Of a stretch of 64,000 nucleotides of DNA, positions 60,870 to 64,000 are shown in pieces. The notes beneath the pieces were generated by a model that saw nothing but the letters and a program-made list of their open reading frames with translations, made no database searches and was not told the DNA's origin. The stretch comes from Moniliella sp. 'wahieum' (lineage: Eukaryota), in NCBI GenBank assembly GCA_003971905.1, contig RSEE01000033.1, positions 1 to 64,000 of the forward strand, read 5' to 3'. Each line of letters opens with the position of its first letter. Positions within the stretch are counted from its first letter, which is position 1. The translations under genes and the position numbers were made by a program.

Positions 60870-62079
60870 ATGCGTTCCTTGGAGTCAATTCAGGACGCCA
60901 GTCTGCTTGCTACTGATCCTCCCCCCATCTGCTCTCCCAGTCGCTCCTTGCTCCTTCGCCCAATAATAAGGAGAGGGCGATGTTGCTTCCCGGCCAAAAC
61001 CGTCACCGCCCGCGCCCGCCATACAATTTGGCCAGCGACGTCCATCCCACGAGACCGAGGCGCATGGACTCCGTGTGCTTGTGGTAGACGATAACAGCAT
61101 TGCCCTGGCAAGTATGTTGTCATCCCTCTTGCTACCATGGTCCGATACTGATGTCCGATATTGTTCACTCCCTTTTCCAGTCACTACGCGATTGCTTCAG
61201 CGCAAATTTCCCACCTTCTTGTCCCTGGAGGCGCCGTCAGAGCCACGTCGGGCGAGCAGGCTTTGCAACTGATCCAAAGCGAAGTGTTTGATGTGATCCT
61301 TCTGGACATGCATATGCCTGGGCCTGCCGGGCCGGACGGACTGCAATGTGCCAAGGCCATCCGTCGTGGGCAATCCACCAGCCCAGCCAGCCAAGCCAAC
61401 CGGAACGCGTTGATTGCCGCCGTGACAACCGAATGCGAACCTGTTCACCGGGGCCAATACCGCTCGGCTGGGCTGGACGGCTTGATCCCCAAGCCGGTCA
61501 GGCACGCGCACCTGCACGCTTTCTTGCAAGCTGCCAAAGACCAAGCGGACTTGGTCCAGAAATCTGGCGTGGTTCCCTTGCTCAAAGCGAATTGTGGTCT
61601 GGTGCCTCCTCTCCCTCCTGCGTTGGCGAGAAACGCGCCTTCTTTGACGCAAGCCAGCTCGACAAGACCCAGTCCAACGCCTCGAGCGACTTGGCCACTT
61701 CCCCACTCTATTCCCAGCTTCTCGAAGCCCAAACCCGCCGAGGAATGAGTACAGTGTGCGAGGCATGCCCCAAACAGGAGCCGGGCCTTTCGGAAGCAAG
61801 GCGCAACCCAAGGGCTAACAAGTCAAGGCTGGATGTTTGGGGTGCACCTCTTGCCATCAGCACCCTGCTTCCACTTGCTCGGATGAATCGAGCGGCGCCT
61901 CGTCAGGAGACGCTCACTGTGCCGCAGTCGACGGAAAGTTGATTCGAGGCTGGTCCTCCCCCGTCACTCATGGTTCCAAGATGATGATGGCCTTGACGAG
62001 GACGAATCGGACAGCTGTCCCCTCAGCTACAGCCTTACTTGGATTCCGGCCATGCCGCCAGGTGAAGCCATTGACATGA
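60870..62079 (+). CDS. Response-regulator receiver-domain protein (boundaries uncertain)
   Basis: VLVVDDN, intron 61112-61180, SGEQAL, FDVILLDMHMP..DG, IAAVT, GLDGLIPKP. Confidence 0.75.
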
Positions 62080-62645
62080 CCACTTCCCTCCTCCATGGAG
62101 GCGATCAGGCCTTGTTTGGGTATCCAACGTGCCAAAAAGTCATGCCTCCACCACTCCCGTACTTTATCGCAAACCCTACCACCAGCCATGCTCCTCTGCT
62201 GCTCTTTAATGATCGCATATTTTATTCGTGTAATCCCCTAGGAGACCACTCTCTCCCCCCTCCCCCCACCCCCCCGCGCATCGTCTGGATTTAGAGGTAA
62301 TATTTTCCTCCCTCCCGCTCAACCTTGTTTGTCTTGTTTCGTTTTTGTATCCTTGGGTCAACCTGTCACGAATCTGTCATCGCCTATGCATCCGTCTTGC
62401 TCTCAAAAACGCCACTCTATGAAGTCAATATGGTCAGGGTCACATAGTAGTGCTACATGCCGTTGAGCCACTGTCGTCGGAGGTTTTTTTGATGCCACTG
62501 TCTCTTAATGGCAAACGAGACGGCTATTCATCCAAGTAACCAAGGCAAGAAGTGCAAAAGATACGCGGAGCGGGGACGGAAGAACGACGACTATAGGAGA
62601 TGATACCGATGGAAGGAAGTTATCGATTACAACCAAGAGGAATAC

Positions 62646-64000
62646 TCACTGCATATCAGACAAAGATGGACAACGAGCAATAGATTGGAACAAGCCAAAA
62701 AAGGATCTAGGGGAGCACCGTATCGTCCGTGCTTCGGGCGGGGGTTGGGCCCAGGTTTCGCCGTCGATCCCGTGGGCCTGGACTGCAGCTCGGACTTGTC
62801 GCTCGGGTGTGAAGGACAAGCGCGCGGGCGAGGTAGCCAGCCTGGACCTGCTTGGGCAGAGGCGGGAAGGGCAGCAACCCTCGGGGAACTCGTCCTGCCG
62901 ACCAGCAAACAAGGTGCGGTACGCGTCGATGGCCGCGTGGACCTGTTGTACATTGGCCAAGCCGGCGAGGGTGCGAAGTGCCGGGATTCGGCCCTTGGCA
63001 ATGGGCACTCCCTCTGCCCAGCGCACCGCCGACGCGTGCGGACTGGCGTACACCTCCGAACCACGGATACCGTAGTGCAGCGCAGTTTCAGCTAGGGTCA
63101 CAGTTCCTGGGTTCCTGTGGGGTCCTGGGGGCGCGCAGGGCCGCAATGCGCGCCAAAGCATCGCTCCGGGCTTGGTGCAGCGCAGCGCTACCGGGATGCC
63201 AGGCCGGGGACCGGCCTCGGTCAAAAGACCCATACTGAAAGGCGAGGCATTCATGACCATGGGTGCGACCCACTCCTTCGGCTCGGCAGGGGCGCCAGGG
63301 AAGGACCAGGGGTTGTGTTGGAAGAGAGGAAGATAGTCAGGTAAGGTATCGGTGTGCAAGGTGTGGTGCGAGTAGCTCAAGATTGAGTCCAGTGGGCGAT
63401 AGGGAGCATTGGTGGCGATCATGCGCGAAAGCCGGAGCAAAACAGGCAGAGGGAAGCCTGAAATCCCCACCATCTTGATCTTGCCCTCGTCTTGAGGCGG
63501 AAAAGTTCTCGTACTGCTCCCAGGATCCGCTCGTCGCCTGGCCCATGCACCCGGCTTGCGCCTCCCAGGTGGGAGCCACCCGGTTGCTTCCATGATGCTC
63601 TGAGCTTGCTCTTTGTCTGCGCCAACGATGGTGGCGGAGCCCATACCTGCGTCATGGCGGGTCCGACGGAGTGGAGACGAACTCGACATCGTTGCATGAA
63701 CATTGTCTAGCCAGCCCTCAGCATCCAGACGAATCAGACTTTCTTCCACGCTTTGTCGGACCCGTTCGGGACTGTAGTCAAATTGGCTGCAGTTGGGTCC
63801 GTACCTGCCACACTTGGTCGAGATGTAGTAGGCACTGCGCGGGAACGAGGGCTTCAGGGCCCGTAGAGCACGACCCAAGATAGCCTCGGAGTTCTTGTAG
63901 TAGGGAGACACATCGAACGCGTTGATGCCGTACAGCAGGGCCAGTCGGACAGCTGAGAAGGCACTGTCAGCCGTACGTAACGCAGAGGAGGATGGGAAGG
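62646..64000 (-). CDS. Aldo-keto reductase, D-arabinose 1-dehydrogenase (Ara2)-like; 5' end outside window
   Basis: ALLYGINAFDVSPYY..SEAILGRAL..FPRSAYYISTKCGRYG, GISGFPL, ILSYSH, NASPFSMGLL; 3' end uncertain. Confidence 0.82.
   Translation of the reverse strand, partial: FPSSSALRTADSAFSAVRLALLYGINAFDVSPYYKNSEAILGRALRALKPSFPRSAYYISTKCGRYGPNCSQFDYSPERVRQSVEESLIRLDAEGWLDNVHATMSSSSPLRRTRHDAGMGSATIVGADKEQAQSIMEATGWLPPGRRKPGAWARRRADPGSSTRTFPPQDEGKIKMVGISGFPLPVLLRLSRMIATNAPYRPLDSILSYSHHTLHTDTLPDYLPLFQHNPWSFPGAPAEPKEWVAPMVMNASPFSMGLLTEAGPRPGIPVALRCTKPGAMLWRALRPCAPPGPHRNPGTVTLAETALHYGIRGSEVYASPHASAVRWAEGVPIAKGRIPALRTLAGLANVQQVHAAIDAYRTLFAGRQDEFPEGCCPSRLCPSRSRLATSPARLSFTPERQVRAAVQAHGIDGETWAQPPPEARTIRCSPRSFFGLFQSIARCPSLSDMQ

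Noticed and set aside
27074..64000. Housekeeping genes as pseudogenes or programmed-frameshift genes
   Set aside because: Indels are widespread, often at homopolymers, and catalytic motifs are intact; an assembly artefact is the simpler explanation.

Overview
Fungal nuclear DNA, probably a basidiomycete; the 5S sequence resembles smut-lineage 5S. Bases 1-17.6 kb are the last two units of an rDNA array (18S-5.8S-28S, with 5S on the same strand in the IGS; uninserted unit about 9.2 kb). The first 28S gene is interrupted by a ~4.05 kb CRE-clade-like non-LTR retrotransposon (N-terminal CCHC knuckles, reverse transcriptase, restriction-like endonuclease). It is flanked by a ~225 bp duplication of 28S running from the peptidyl-transferase loop to the sarcin-ricin loop. 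The second 28S breaks off near the R1-equivalent site. It is followed by a decayed 5S/IGS relic and a decayed relative of the same retroelement fused to a different 28S fragment. The remaining ~45 kb is ordinary chromosome arm: 4CL-like ligase, tRNA-Glu, DRG2/RBG2, SET1-family, thiolase, solo LTRs, tRNA-Ala, SERF, TLC protein, ATP19, BUD23, UTP5, G6PD, Rab4, SNG1-like, a receiver-domain protein and an ARA2-like reductase. Frameshifts in many conserved genes indicate indel sequencing errors, so frameshifts alone are not treated as pseudogenisation.
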